Part shown: positions 38,626 through 52,700 of the stretch, in pieces
How positions within the stretch are numbered: position 1 is the first letter of the stretch
Layout: each line of letters starts with the position of its first letter
Assembly: GCF_018977255.1 (NCBI RefSeq)
Contig: NW_024704742.1
Span: 23,562,001-23,626,000, forward strand
DNA from: Callorhinchus milii
Lineage: Eukaryota
Direction of reading: 5' to 3'
Length of the DNA stretch: 64,000 bases
The notes under the pieces: generated by a model
What the model was told of the DNA's origin: nothing
Database searches by the model: none
Seen by the model: the letters and a program-made list of their open reading frames with translations, nothing else
Made by a program: the position numbers and the translations under genes

Positions 38626-39847
38626 TCATACAGGAGAGGCACACAGAACAGTGATAAGCCACTGAACTTGTGGTACATAATGAACTTCTTGTGACATAAA
38701 CCCCTGTCATCTCTCAGGTATTTTATTCAACTCCCAGCAAGTTCTTCATTCATGCTGCTGCAAAAAAAGTCTCAATGATGTAATTCCCTTCTGCAGAACA
38801 GAATGGTGAAATGTGCAAAAAACATTCATAAACTGTAGTTCGTTGCTGATCTCAGCCCGCCAGAAAAAATTAAAGGCTTGGCCAACCCATCCTCTTACAC
38901 AATTCCTAAAGGATGCCACAACACAGCAGTGGCTTAAGGACTTGTTTGTTACCACATCAACTGTTTCATGTCCCACACCTGATCTGTTCACCATCAGTTG
39001 GTGAGTTTTCATCTATGCTGCCCTCTGGAACTCCATCCTGGAGTATCTCCACCTCACCTCCTCGTATAAAGACTGGTTGAAGAACTTTCTCTTTGACCAC
39101 ACTTTGGTCATCTTTCTCCCCTTACCCCCAGCTCAGGCTCATAGTTGGCTCTTTGAAGTACTTTGAGATATCCTCCCAACATGAAAGGCTTTGTATCAAT
39201 GTAAAAGTGATGACGTCATCAACGTTGCATATTTTTGTCTGAGAATGGTAGAGGAGGAATAGGCAGAACTTTATTGCTTAATAAAGCCTGAGTGAATGGT
39301 TTTGAAGAACATCCACTATAGGTAGGAAAGATTCATCGTAATGAATCTGTTCTTCACTTAAATCAAAAAATCTTTTAATACTGCATCTAGATCCAAACCA
39401 CCCCAGTACTAAGTTGCTTCAGTGATATCAATGATGAGGAGTGATCACATGCCCTAGAAGGGTTCTTTAGGTTTAGCATGGCATAGGCACTTTGGACTAG
39501 GCTAACTTTCAATACAGAGCTGCCTAACCTGAGCAAAATTGGGGTCATGTTTTCTATTTCTGGTGGAAGCACAGTGAACAAGGTAATCCTTATAGATGAT
39601 TTCCCTTTTAATGCAATGTTATATAAATGTTAAAAATGTATTGCATTTCAATTTTCTTGGATGAGTGTATTTTACCACTTTTTTCCCCATTATTATTTTA
39701 TTATTATTTTAATTATTAATTCTCTGCTACAACTTAATTTGTGATAGAAAGCAAACATGATCTAGAGATGGAAGCTTTTAACCTACTTTCTCACAGATCA
39801 GTCTTTTGTTTATCTATCTCAGTGCTGTGTACAAACGAAACACTTAC

Positions 39848-39975
39848 CTTTGCTGCCGATTTTCCAGCTCCAAGAACGTTTTGCATAGCTTTCTGAACCT
39901 TTCCATGATCAACACCAGCCTTCGGATGAGATACATGCTGGCATTCCAAACAGTTTCTGACTGCTACTGCACACA
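39848..39975 (-). CDS. LRBA: LRBA exon 5 of 12 (128 nt, phase 1/0)
   Basis: Acceptor ccaatcag|TG TGT; donor GCA AAG|gtaagt. Encodes VCAVAVRNCLECQHVSHPKAGVDHGKVQKAMQNVLGAGKSAAK. Confidence 0.95.
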
Positions 39976-40232
39976 CTGATTGGAGGAGCAATGAGAAACA
40001 AAAAAATTACGAGTACAAAATAAATTGGTGGGAGAAATTAATTCCGAATTAAATACAGAATCTGCAATCAGAATTCCACAAGTCAGCCTTCTATAGCTGT
40101 ATTTTATTTTTGTTAAACTAGAATCTGCAAATTATGCTTGTTACAGGACTCTGCTTTGGCTGCAGGACACTATGGCAGTCCCAGCTGGTGAAACAATAAT
40201 GGAGTGGTTTGGGCATCATAGTTGTAACTATG

Positions 40233-40362
40233 CATAATCCTTGCATTTTTGATATAGCGCTTTTCACGTCGGGAGGACGTCCCAAAGCGCTTCACAGAAC
40301 ACACTGTAAAGTGAATTGACTGTATATTTGTGGGCGAACGCGGCAGCCAATTGCGCACAGCA
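40233..40362 (-). mobile_element. SINE 3' fragment (young)
   Basis: Near-exact reverse complement of 60901-61025. Confidence 0.9.
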
Positions 40363-40789
40363 CACATTGCTGTATACATTATGCATCCAACCTCTTGAGT
40401 CAATAGAATCACACTATTGGAAGATGCAATTTATGTGATCAGGTTATAGATCGTACACTGATTTTCTCTGAAACAGAGCACGGCTCAATATTCATGAACA
40501 TGACATCAAGCAACACATATGTACTTGTTCTTGGACATTGGCTCTCAGTATTGGGAGAAACTGAAAGCACTCAATAGCTGACCCCAATTGACCAAATCTG
40601 TAGATCTCAATAGGCATTCCAATATGTACTTGGTCTCATGCCTTTTACTTGATTCCTTGCACCACACTACATTTCTGCTACCTTAGCATATGAACTTCAT
40701 TCCACTACCACAGTTGTAAACCTATCATGTGAATCCAGCTTAATTTTTTTTGGAAAGAAAAAAATTTCCCAATCGATTAGTGAGAATAA

Positions 40790-41140
40790 AGGCACTGCCT
40801 GGTGCAATACTAAACCACAGGGATCAGAAGGTTGCAAGTATGATTCCCAGTCTGCAGTAAATTAGCTGATCACAGCAGGTGGAACATTGCAATTGGCTTT
40901 AGAGCCCTTGAGCTATGAAGAAAATTAGCCAGGGATATCCCTCCTAATTGTTATCTGGTAACATCCTGCGCCCCCCACCCCCTTCTCCCACTAGTACATG
41001 TGTGAACTTTGATGAGAACTAGATTAGGCTCACATGGCTAAATAACACTCATAACAAAGACATTTGGTGAACACTAGAAGACTGCCAGCATCAGTGGACC
41101 AATGCTCCAACAAGAGTCTGCACCTTCAGCAGAGAGGTAA
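40790..41140 (+). mobile_element. AmnSINE2-like ancient SINE remnant
   Basis: gcactgcctggtg...cagaaggtt...ttagctgatc...caattggc...agccctt...aaaattagccaggg...gagtctgcaccttcag follows the recalled AmnSINE2 consensus in order. Related pieces at ~37600-37730 and ~11490-11700. Confidence 0.55.
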
Positions 41141-43096
41141 GAAATCATGACATTTCTAAACTGCAAAGACATAACTCAAAAGAACTCTTTTCTCCTGATT
41201 CTGTACAAGTCAGATGTTGTTCAACTGTATATAGTACAAGCATAAATATGAAGAGTGCTCAAGAGTGCAGTACACAAACACTGTTTTCAGTTGAAAAGTA
41301 CTGTATTAAATAGATCATATTGAGTGCAGCATTATACACACTTCTCAGGGATGTAACCTGACAATTATTAAAATTCAGAATACATGAATTCAACATCACG
41401 CTGCTTAGACATTTGTTGCTAACAAGCAAGGAAACAAATGTTTTTTTTAAATATGACAGGCAAACAATTAATGTTTTTTATACATCAGACACATGAATGA
41501 TGTCAACTGTAAAACATTCAGACCAACCAATACAAGTCTAGTCAGTCTAGAACAGTTCCATCACAATTTTCATATATCCATTGAAATTTGAAACCATCAT
41601 CTGAAGTACTGACACAAATATGATTCCTTGCAAGCCCTGCGGAATCTACCTTATAAATTTTTAATTGTATTAAATAAACTCGAAAGCACTGAGGAATACA
41701 GCAAAATACATTGCTATCCACTCCATTTTAATGGATTAAAAGAAAATGGAACAGTGACACTTCCATTCAATCATATTTTTACATCTCAGCGGTCAGGACT
41801 GTTATTTTCAATTCCTCTGTGTTTTATATTCTTCTAGTTAGTGACAAATGGGTTACGATCTTTTTATACATTAATGAAGAGATTTGAAATGGCATAGGTA
41901 TTAAGAATCTTCAGGCCATACTCAAGACAATGTTCTTCTTTTAGATGTCCATCTGTCCTATTATAGCATATTTAAGTTGTAATATTGAGTTTCACAAGCT
42001 TTGTGGAAGCAACAATCTTTATCTACCTGAGGAGATCAATGAATCTCAAATTAACCCAGCAAACTGGAACAATGCCACACAGTATTGTGTGCCTAGAATC
42101 CTATTGCCTGCCTGAATGCAAATAGATAATGGTTCACGCTTAAATGCACATCTACATGTAAGGTTTTGTGTAACTACTGAAAATGTAAGCCATGGTGTTG
42201 TCACATTCCTTAACTGTATATATTCAATCCATAAGATTCTTCTGACAGTTTATAGATGAATTCAGTCTCAGAAAAAAAAGCTGCTAAATATTATTAATGA
42301 AGTTTAGCTTAGTTTTCAAAATTAAAGACTAAACAGTTCAATAGGTTTCAACAAGCATGCATTCAAACAAACACTGAACATAGATTCATGATTAGTTTAT
42401 ACAATGTTTTCGGGGATTGACATGCCACACCAGAGTTACCAAACCCTGAGATATGTGATATATATTCAAAGTAGCCAAAATACCATGAAATTCTTGAAAA
42501 AATCTTTGTACAAGAGACCCCTGTGTCCCACACCCAGTTTATAAAAACTTGTATTTTAGAAACAATTTTTTGAAGCATTCCTCTCTAACTATTAACAGTT
42601 TTGTGCTGGCAGCAGCACTCTGCTGATATAGGAGGCAACTCAGTATATTTAATAAATCAGTGATTATAACATTCACAAGGATTGGAGATTAAGAATTTTT
42701 TTAAAAAAAGCAATCTCAAGCATCAAAACAGAACATTTTGGTGAAGATTGCATGAATAATAAACAGATCAATGCTGAAAATCTAAAGTGAAAAAGATCAA
42801 ATGCAGAAAATCCACAGCAGGTTAATAAGCATTTCCAAACGAAAAATAAGTTAATATCTGAGGTGTAATCCTTCATCAAAATTAAAGTAGCGAAGCCAAG
42901 ACGAATAAGAATATTAGAAAGTTAAAAAATTAACAAGGAATGCACCTAATGGTATATTCGCATGGAGGAAAAGATTGATGACACAGACCTGCAAAAACAG
43001 AGGGTATTTAGTGCCCTTCCCATAGGGCAACATTTTGAAGCTCTGTACAATGACAGGGTTAGTGCTAACGAAGGGTTGAGTGGGGGGGTGACCAAA

Positions 43097-44212
43097 CAAT
43101 ACAATAAAAAATTACATTTGTATAGCGCCTTTCACGTTGGGAGGACGTCCCAAAGTGCTGGACAGTCGGGGATTTGGACCGAGCATAGGGGGGTTGGGAC
43201 CAGGGGAGGTGCAGGGCAGGGAGGGTAGCAGAGTGGCCGAAGGCACGGCGAAGACAAGGGTCTTGAGACATACCTTGAAGGAGGCAAGGGAGGGAGAGAG
43301 ACAAAGGGAATGTGGAACTGAGTTTCATAAGAGGCTGAAGGCCTGACAGGCCGGGCGGGGGACGTGGAGCAGGCCAGAGTCTGCTAAGCAGAGGAAGCGG
43401 ACAGGTTGATATGGAGTTAGCAGGTCGCAGAGGGCCTTGAAGGTGAGGACGACGATGTTGAACTCTATCCTCTGGGTGATGGTGAGCCAGTGGAGCCGGG
43501 CAAGGGTGGGGTTGATTGGGTCTCAGAGCCTGGTGCAGAAGAGGCCTCAAGCTAGAGTTATGGATGATTTGCAGCTTGTGGAGCAAAGGGTTGGGAAGGC
43601 CGACAAGCATGGAGTTGGCGTAGTCGAGCCTAGATGTGATGAACATGTGAATGAGGGTTTTGGCGGCCTGAGGGGTGAGGCAGTGGCGGAGCCAGGCAAA
43701 TTTTGCAGAGCTGGGGGAATGCAGACAATCTCATGGCATGGATGTGGGGGAGAAAGGACAGTTGAGGATCAAACAAGACACCTAGGTTCCTGACTGGCTC
43801 AGTGAGGTGGAGTGTGCATCCTTGGATGGTGATGCTGTCAGTGCCTGAGGTATGGAGACGCTGACGGGAGCTAATCAGGAGGGCATCAGTATTGTTGACG
43901 TTCAACTGTAGAACGTTAGCTCTCATCCAGGACTTGATGTCTGACAGACATTCTGTCAGGTCAGCAGTGGTACTGGAGTCGAGGGTGGAGGCAGAGAGAT
44001 AGAGATGGGTGTTATCCGCATACATGTGGAAGTTGACCCCATGTCTGTGGATGATATCATCAACAGGGAGCATGCAGATATTGAAGAGGAGGGGACCAAG
44101 GACACAGCACTTAGGAACACACACAAGACGGTGCAGGGGCTGAAGGAGATGTCACTTGTGGAGACAAAGTGGAGACGTTGTGAGACGTAGGATCTGAACC
44201 ACTCAAGGACCA
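43097..44212 (-). mobile_element. L2 LINE, 5'-truncated (~1.1 kb), degenerate RT
   Basis: ORF 43630..44124 VLGPLLFNI...FHMYADNTHLYLS...LQLN...VRNLGVLFDPQLSF; ORF 43065..43646 FITSRLDYANS; L2 tail. Confidence 0.93.
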
Positions 44213-44369
44213 TAAGCATTGTCGAAGAATTGGGTTTTACGGTGAGACTTAAAGATAACAAGAGTGAGAGGAAGGGAGTTCCTGAGAAAGGGGCAATACC
44301 ATGGAAGAATTTATAAGTTATAAAGAAGACAGGCGAAAACTGCATAGACACACTGATTAAACAAGTGGG

Positions 44370-44700
44370 CAGATCTAAAGCAAAATGCAAAATTGTATAC
44401 TTCTTATGGCAGAGTAGAGGTTGGAAGGGAATATGTTCTAAATGGGAAAGCACCAGGGGAGAAGATATGTAAAGAGATCTGGGGGTTCAAAAATCATAAA
44501 AATCAAGTTCACAATTGCAAAAAGCAGTCAGCAAGGCAAATGGGATGCTGGTATTTATTACAAGTGGTCTGGAATATAAAAGTGAGGAGGTGCTTCACGA
44601 TCTACACAGAATGCTGCTCAGATGTTATTGGAGCCTCGTGTTCAGTTTTGGGCAGTCAATCCTAATAAGGGCAATATGAAACACCAGGGTTATTTCTTTG
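44370..44700 (+). mobile_element. Old CR1 LINE fragment
   Basis: aaatgcaaaattg...gaatatgttctaaatggg...agagatctgggggtt...gcaaatgggatgctgg...gaatataaaagtgaggagg (KCK..Y.LNG..RDLGV..ANGML..EYKS). Confidence 0.75.
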
Positions 44701-45581
44701 CACTTGTTTTCCAAATTGGATGAGATGGATCAACCACAAACAACATGTTGTCCCCAACCTGTGTGCTGAAATAAGTGCAAGGAGGTTTTAAATTACATTT
44801 TACCCCAAACCATCAATCAAACTCATTCTGGCGTAATCTTTCAAACAAACATTTAAACCTTTTAAAGCCTACAACTGCTGGCTATTTCCTTCATGAATAC
44901 AGATACCAATTGAATTTTCCACCAAAGTTGGCTGATAGCCTGCAAAGGTCACATAACTGACGCTTATGAAATAACCTATGTAAAACAAGAAGGCTGAAAA
45001 TGCAAATTCAACTCATGGAAGTACAGTATTTCAATGGATATACCCATTTCATTTAGCATAATACTGTTTTGAGATGAAAGGATTTCTGTGATTAAAGGAA
45101 AGAATTTCGATTTGGTCAAGCTTGTACTAATAGTCAGGCACTTGGAACTGTGCCACACCCAACTATCCCTAATCTTCAACTCCAGATCTTTATTGTACGC
45201 AATCTGGAAAAGTTGAGTAATTCTCAAGAGTGAGAAGGTTCCAGAATCAAATTTTCTTTTCCATTTGAGCCAAGATGTTTGTGGTTTTCTCCATTTAGAT
45301 CCTATGGATTGAATTTGGGCAACAATGGAAACTTCCTATTCCAAAAGACTCTCTAGGTCTTAGCTCTCATGGCTCCCACAACAGTAGCTCTACAAGCCTC
45401 TGGTATTGAAAGGATAGCATTTCTGTCTAAATTCACGTTGTTGAAGATGATAAGAGCAGTTTAAGAATGCGGTATATTCCAATAGGTTGGACTTTTATCC
45501 TTTGTGAGGGCATTCACTGATTCTTTATGCACATCTGCAAGGTATAAAGGAAGAGAAGCCAAGCTTTGGTTGATGCATTGC

Positions 45582-45584
<3 letters not shown>

Positions 45585-45615
<31 letters not shown>
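45585..45615. repeat. (CA)n microsatellite
   Basis: About 15 AC units. Confidence 0.95.
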
Positions 45616-45616
<1 letters not shown>

Positions 45617-46544
45617 CAGAAACAGAATAACTTCTGCCTTGCACATTTACATGTTACACAAAGTCACTGCTCCCCACCAAACTTGCATCAATTTGACAGT
45701 GCTGAGAATCATAATTCCACCTCGTCTTATCCTGGAAGAATATTTTTTCCTAAAAATTTAAGATTGTATAGAATTGTAAAACATTAAATACAGCCTTAAT
45801 TTGGAAAACTTTTTTAAAAAAATACAGGAAAATAGCTTCCAAATTAAGCTGAATGTACAAATTATTCACAATTCTGCTCAATCTTAAATTTTAGGATAAT
45901 AATAACAAATTACATTATGATCTTATACACAAAGACAAAGTTGAATTTCAGGTCTCCAAGTCTTTATATGCTAGTAGGCACACGGTTAGATTTACATTTT
46001 GAAGTTCATGCTCTTAGTAGATATGCCTCTTTATTCAGTGAGACTGCCCATCGTGAACAGATGGACAGCAACTGTAAATGCTGACTGCTCAGCACATTTT
46101 CTCAAGGCATCTGAAGCTATCAATCACTTTCTGATTTATATGAACATTCTAAGGTAACAGAGCACCCTATGGATCTTTATACAAGGTGCTATATCAAATG
46201 CAAGTACTATTATTATCATTATTAAGCCCACATATTGATTATGTCAAGACCCGAAAAAGATTCCAGCTGGAATATGTAGAGCCCAGAAAATAAAAATCAA
46301 CTGGAGGATTCAGGTTCGAGGATCCTGCCTCCGATTACAACAAACTAATGCTCAAGATGACTGGTGTTTAAGTCATCTATTGGTTTAGAACTGTTATAAA
46401 GCTTGACTGCATCCAGGTTCCAAAAAAGGGTAGATCATGCAATGGCCATATCCCAGCACTCTGTACGTCTTGAACTCTGAGTCAGTGATATAAATATTTG
46501 GTCTTTTAAGAACTGCCACCATAAAAGACGTAAACAATACTCAA

Positions 46545-46758
46545 AAATAATAATCACTTCAAAAAATAATATGAATAATAATTTGGTCACTCAATCCACG
46601 ACTGTTTGTGGGACACTGCTGTGTGCAACTGACTGCTGCATTTCACCCGCAAAATACAGTCACTACACTTTACAATATATTCTGTGAAGTGCTTTGAAAC
46701 GTCTCAAAGACTTGATAAGATGCTATATCAAATGCAAGTATTATAATTATTATTATTA
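46545..46758 (+). mobile_element. SINE 3' half
   Basis: aatccacgactgtttgtgggacactgctgtgtgcaactgactgc...gtctcaaagacttgataagatgctatatcaaatgcaag(tta)n. Confidence 0.85.
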
Positions 46759-47039
46759 AGCCCACATATTGATTATGCCAAGACCTGAAAAATTTAAGAT
46801 TGCAGCTGGAAGATGTAGAGCCCAGAAAAAAATTGTAGGGTTTGGTTTCAGAAAATGGTCTGCCATTTTGGAAAATCTAATAATTGTTCAGCTCAACACC
46901 ATTATTAATATTTCTCCTGTACATCAACTTTTTGTAATCACTTTCTCAATCTCATTGATTTACTAAATAAACCCTTTGCTTTGTTCACTCTGACCCATTC
47001 CACATACCAAACCTACACCCTCTGCTACCTTCAACCCTT

Positions 47040-47252
47040 GCCTGGCTCAGTTGGTAGTGCTAATGCCGGTGGATCAGATGGTTGTGGTTCATGGTCTAGG
47101 CTGACACTCCAGCACAGTTTTGGAGATGTGTCGCATTGTCAGAGGTGCTATCCTTGGATAAGAACCAAGGTCCCATCTGCCTGTTCAGGTAGATATTAAA
47201 GGGCACTATTCAGAAATGGAAGGCAAGCTTCTCCCAATGTCCTAGCCAACAA
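47040..47252 (+). mobile_element. DeuSINE 5'/core fragment
   Basis: ggctcagttggtag...tctaggctgacactccagcacag...cattgtcagaggtgc...aaccaaggtcccatctgcctgttcaggtag. Confidence 0.78.
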
Positions 47253-49593
47253 TCGCAGACCATTTTCTGAAACCAAACCCTACAATTTTTTTNCAGTAGA
47301 AAACTTTCCAAATTCTTAGCTCCGGTCACTCTTGCCCTCACCTCCTTTTACATTCTTGCTTACCCTGATTCAGCAGTCTCTTTGACTCTTACATCAATCC
47401 CTCCCGCCACTGAGTGCATTTCTTCTTCCTGAGGTAAAGATGCTTTCCTGTCACTTTGTCATCGAAGTTCATCCAGTGAGCTTCTTTCCTCATGGTGAAA
47501 TGTTTCCTAAGCATAATTTCTGTGAACCTATACTGACCAACCCCTCACTCCTTGGCTGATATATAGATTCAGTAGAAAACTTTCCAACACCCAGTCTGCA
47601 TGAAAGATCTACCCACTAAGCATGATGTACCTCATATAAATCGCTCCGATTATAATCGATTAGAGTGGACCAGTTAATCATGCACAGTGTTAAATTAACT
47701 CCATAAACAAATGAAAAAAAGGCAATCAGGGAACAAACATTAATAACTTGAATATTCTTAAAACAGAGTTCAAGTCATTTTAATCCAGAGGGTGGCAAAT
47801 TTCTTCCATACTTTTCAGGTCCACAGAGTAGGAGAACACAGGAGTTTCCAACCCCATCTTCTAATATAGCCTGGAGTAGACATTTACAAACTTCAGAAAC
47901 TAAAGATTCCTAAGATAAACACTAAGATAAACAGACAAACCAAATCTTGGAGAGACCATGTGGAATGAAATGCATGACTTTTGCCAACAGCCCCAATACC
48001 CTATCCAATGAGACAAGCTCATGTTTATCACATCAGATATAATCCAGTCCCCGAGTCCTCTCCCCGAGTTGTCTCCAAGTAAATTGAGAACCTTAAACCA
48101 GGCATGTCTGCTCCATCCATATCACAAACCAGTTCCTTCCTGCTGAGCTTGTTTGAAGTGAAGTGCTAGTGAATATTAATGAGATTGAACTACTCTTTTT
48201 TATACAAAATAGTAGGTAGCGGATAAGGCACAGCATTTTGTATCTCGTGACAACTGGCATGGTGATACTCAATGACCAAATGAACAACCGTCAATGAGTG
48301 ACCCGTGTCACATTCCTTTTTTGTGGGCGGTATCCTTAGTACTACATTAGAGCTGTTTTCACATCTCAGTTACATTTATATCAGCAGCTAGTGATACAAA
48401 CATGGTATGAAATGCGTCAGACTCAGACATCAATGAGTACAACTGTTGGGGTTACATTACGAATACAAATCTAAATACTCTCCCTGACTCAAATCTAAAT
48501 CCAGTACTAATTTGACTAGCTGCTTTGGAATGCAATGTACAGGAAGCAACATCAGCAGCCACCTGATACTCTGGTAGTCAGCTATTTAATACACACATAG
48601 TTAAAAACAGTACGAGATGGTTGACCAAACTTGTTGCCTTGTATTCAAAACTACAACACACCAATGATTTCAAATACATAGTTATTGAACCTTCATTCTG
48701 CTTTTATACCAAGAAGCAACAATTATAAATGTATATTTGAAATAGACTCTACCGTGTCAAAATGAAGGCAGAGATCAATTAACATATCAATTGCTGCTAA
48801 TTTGAAGATCCACTCTCTCATGATTACTATCAAGAAATATCCCATGATTAGAATCTTACAATTATCATAAGAACTGAAGGAGTAGACGTGATAACTAAAG
48901 TCATAATTATACACACAACGGAGAAGTCTGGAAGTTATGTGGATGGAAGGGACCTTCAAAGAATCATATTTTTAAAACCACCACAAAAATTGCATTTATA
49001 TAAGCAACCTTCACACAGGGTATCATCTGAGCGCTCAACAGTGGCAGAGCTTGTGTGACCTGAATATGGACAAGGAGGGGATAAGGCAGAGTTCCAGAGC
49101 CTTGGGGCCTAGAGACCGAAAGCACTACGCCGATGGTGGAGCAGAGAGGACGAGGGACATACAGGAGGCTGGAGGCAGTAGAGTGAAGGGGGGGCTGGAG
49201 GGGTGCAGTGTAGAGTGGGCCTTATGCAAATCGAAGAGGTAGGAGGTGCCAGGGCATGAAGTGGTTTGTGAGGATTTTGAAATTGATATGTTCTACTAAA
49301 CATTTTTCAAGATAGGTTGACCCTTCCCATGGATTGCTGAATATTTGGAAACAATAGATACCAATTCAATTACAGTCAAAGGATGTTGCAAATTAAAAAA
49401 GTATCCTGCTTACTAATAGATGAATCAGATCATTGCAAATTACATCTAATCATTTAAATTGCTATTCTATAAAAAAGTAATGGATTGAAATCACGTTAAA
49501 AAGCATGAAACATAAGAACAAATTACAATATGTTGAGTTTGAGAAGAAAAGCAGAACAGAGTATTAGGCTGCTCTGCATCACATTACACTTAC

Positions 49594-49774
49594 CAAGGCG
49601 AAGACATTGCCTTAATATTCCTCCAGAAGACATGTTCTTTTCAGCCTCAATTTCAGTAAAGCTGAGGGAACTGGCAAAAATCAAAACATCAACAAGGCCT
49701 ATTAACCTCTGAAGAAAGGTTACTGAAGATTCGAATGATAAACCTTGAGTTGGTTCAATGTTCTCCAATTCATG
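49594..49774 (-). CDS. LRBA: LRBA exon 4 of 12 (181 nt, phase 0/1)
   Basis: Acceptor tttcacag|CAT GAA; donor CTT G|gtaagt. Encodes [60 protein letters not shown]. Confidence 0.96.
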
Positions 49775-52700
49775 CTGTGAAAGACACATTTTGTTTTGTT
49801 TTAAAATCAGTACAAATGCTAAATAATAAATTAATCATAGATTATATGTATGGTAGCATCTTCACTCTAATAATAGAAGTACTCTCCACATACAATAGAC
49901 AGAGAACTGGTACAATTTTTACAGGGGATCATTCTCTTTGTGATGTTTGGAGACATCAGTGAAAATTCATTTAATTCCTCTCAATCCTTTATCCACAAAT
50001 AGCACAGTCAAACCATTTTTGATGAACAGAAACAAGCCTACAAGATAATTACTGGAAGAGTTATGGGAGAGTTTAGAAGAAATATTTTCACTTTGGGATT
50101 ATTAGAATTCAGAAATACTTTGCTAAGTCACTGTTGTGGCTGAGCCCATAATATTTAAAAGTGAACTGGATAAACATTTGAAAAGAAATCTAAGTGTTTG
50201 GGAAAAGAGCACAGAGCTAGGATTAGAGTGTTAACTCCCGTATAGACAAAATGAGTCAAATAGTTTCTTTCTATGCTATCATTTTCACAATTCTATACAC
50301 TTCTGGGTATTCAGCTCACTACATGCACTTTTAAGAGCGACCGAGCAAGAAAACTACTGTATTTGAAATTCCAGCAGCTGGAATGGACATATCAAAATGT
50401 AAACAATTTGTAACACGATAGTTATTCAAAATTGATAGCTATATGTATTCCCAGGAATTAGTCTGCGAGACACTCAACCGGTGACTAAAAATAAACTGTG
50501 TATTTTGTGGGTGAAACAAGCAAGGCAGCTTTCAAAAATTAAAATAGGACTCTGCAAAACCTCAGAGGCACGAGAAGGAAGAAAAAGTATACAAGCTTTG
50601 AAAGCCTATATTCATGTCCCATGAAGGAAGAAACGAAGCTTGAAATGAACTTAAATTTAACATTCCCTTCACAAAATGGAAAAAAAATAGAAGATGACGT
50701 TGTGAACTAGAGAAGAGAAACATGGAAGACTACAATTGCTGCCTTAGCAACTCATATGGAACTTGGTTTCATCAAGAACAATATAAAGTGTTCAAACACT
50801 TCAACCAGCTGACATTTCAAGCCAAAGGCCAACAGTCTTTAGTGACCCACCAGTGGACAAGGTTCTGCCACATAATATTGTAAGTTCTACTCAATGAAGT
50901 GTCTCACATAGAAAAATTAGGACCATTAAACTCACAGGGCACTCAAATCAATAAATTAATAAATCAAACCCCTGTGAAAGGAGGTTCTGCCCTTTCAAGT
51001 TTAAGAATTTATGGGGTAAAAAGCACAGCATCCTCAGGAGTTCAGAATCTGAGAGCCTATCCATTTAAGTAAAGGCAGTGCTAGAACCTTATTCTAAGTA
51101 AAAGCCAATCTGTTTGATCAAAAGATTGCTCTGTCTGTAGGAATTAGATACGTTGTCTGTTTTCTGATAGGTAAATACCATGTAGAAGGACTCCTACACG
51201 TGGTATACTAAAGCAGAGCAGCGGGGGACAACCTCACCAAGATGAGAAGCACAAGGTAAACAGGACCTTTGTCTTATAGGTATATAAAAGATGGGAAATA
51301 GATTTGCCCTACTGATAATTGTATTTTCCTCTACTCACTATCTCAGGTTTCTCCTATTCAATTGATACAGTCTCTCAACATCACACCACATTTTAAATGA
51401 GATCCTCCCTCCCTAGTCATTTTTCCCTACATACAAGATTAGTCTATGTGGAGAATTGCAAATTTTCTTAATTAACATTTAAAATCTTACACTAAAGCTC
51501 TTTGAAAAGAATTCATTTCTGTACAATTAGAAACATTGCTTTAAAATCTATTTACTTATTTGTGATACTTTGCAACCTATTGCAATCCACAATTTTACGC
51601 TTCTATCAACACATGCATGTTTTCCAGAATAGCTGTGCAGTAATGTTAATCACAACCTGGACAGATTATCCCTAAATGAAGTCACCCCCTTTTCCTTCCC
51701 TTTACCCTTACTTGCAAAACCATACAGCTGTCTATCAAAACAAAATGTACATCGTTAACTGTAAGCCATTTTGTAACCTTATAAAGACCTTCTATATCAG
51801 AAATAAATAAGTAAGCGTACCATCATAACCTACTCATACTTATTATACCTGGACATAAAAAGATGTCTGAGTGACTAAAATTTGTAAGCATACACTTAAC
51901 CACTTCAATATTTCCTTTAAGATACACACCATTAATACATACCCAGAACATTTAAACAAGAATAATGCATTTCCAATCAGAGACTTAACCTGTGTTGTTT
52001 AACCATTTTACACAATTAAAAGCAAATCATTTTATTTATAAGCTTTGCAGGTTCACATCACAAATGTGGAACTGTCTGTTTTTTGATACTCTTTAAGATT
52101 GGTGATGAGTTTCCACATGTATCAGATACCATGTATCAGCTGACCAAAAAAAATCACAAAAATAATCTAATGTGACTCAGTAAAGACTAAAGACTAACTA
52201 CCTAAAAATCACAGTAATTAATTCCTACTTTAGGTATGAATGCTGAAATACAAAATTGAAGAAACTAATGGAGTTCTTTTCATTTACATAATTTGGAGAG
52301 TGATCAAAAGAAACAGTATGTGGGTCATTCGGGACATTACACTGGTTAGAATTTTATGAACATATTAGGCTATAAAAGTAGTAAATTATGACAATTAATT
52401 TAACTACAGCTTTCACTCGCCTCATGTTACACAAAAGCTGTAACACAATTAAATTGAATAATAATGAATAATTGGGGGTAATTTCAAGGCTCTAGACTAA
52501 TACAAGGGTACAAAGTGATTCATATGCCACAACAGCAAAATTATCAGAACTATGATGTTACGTGAAACTGCCTTATAATTACTTCAGAGAATCATGAGAT
52601 ATGACTAATTCTAACAAGCAGTTTTCATTCAGTATGGGCAGATTTTGTGCCATCAGCATCTTCTCATTGACATGAAATGCTCAGAATTTAGGATTAATGA

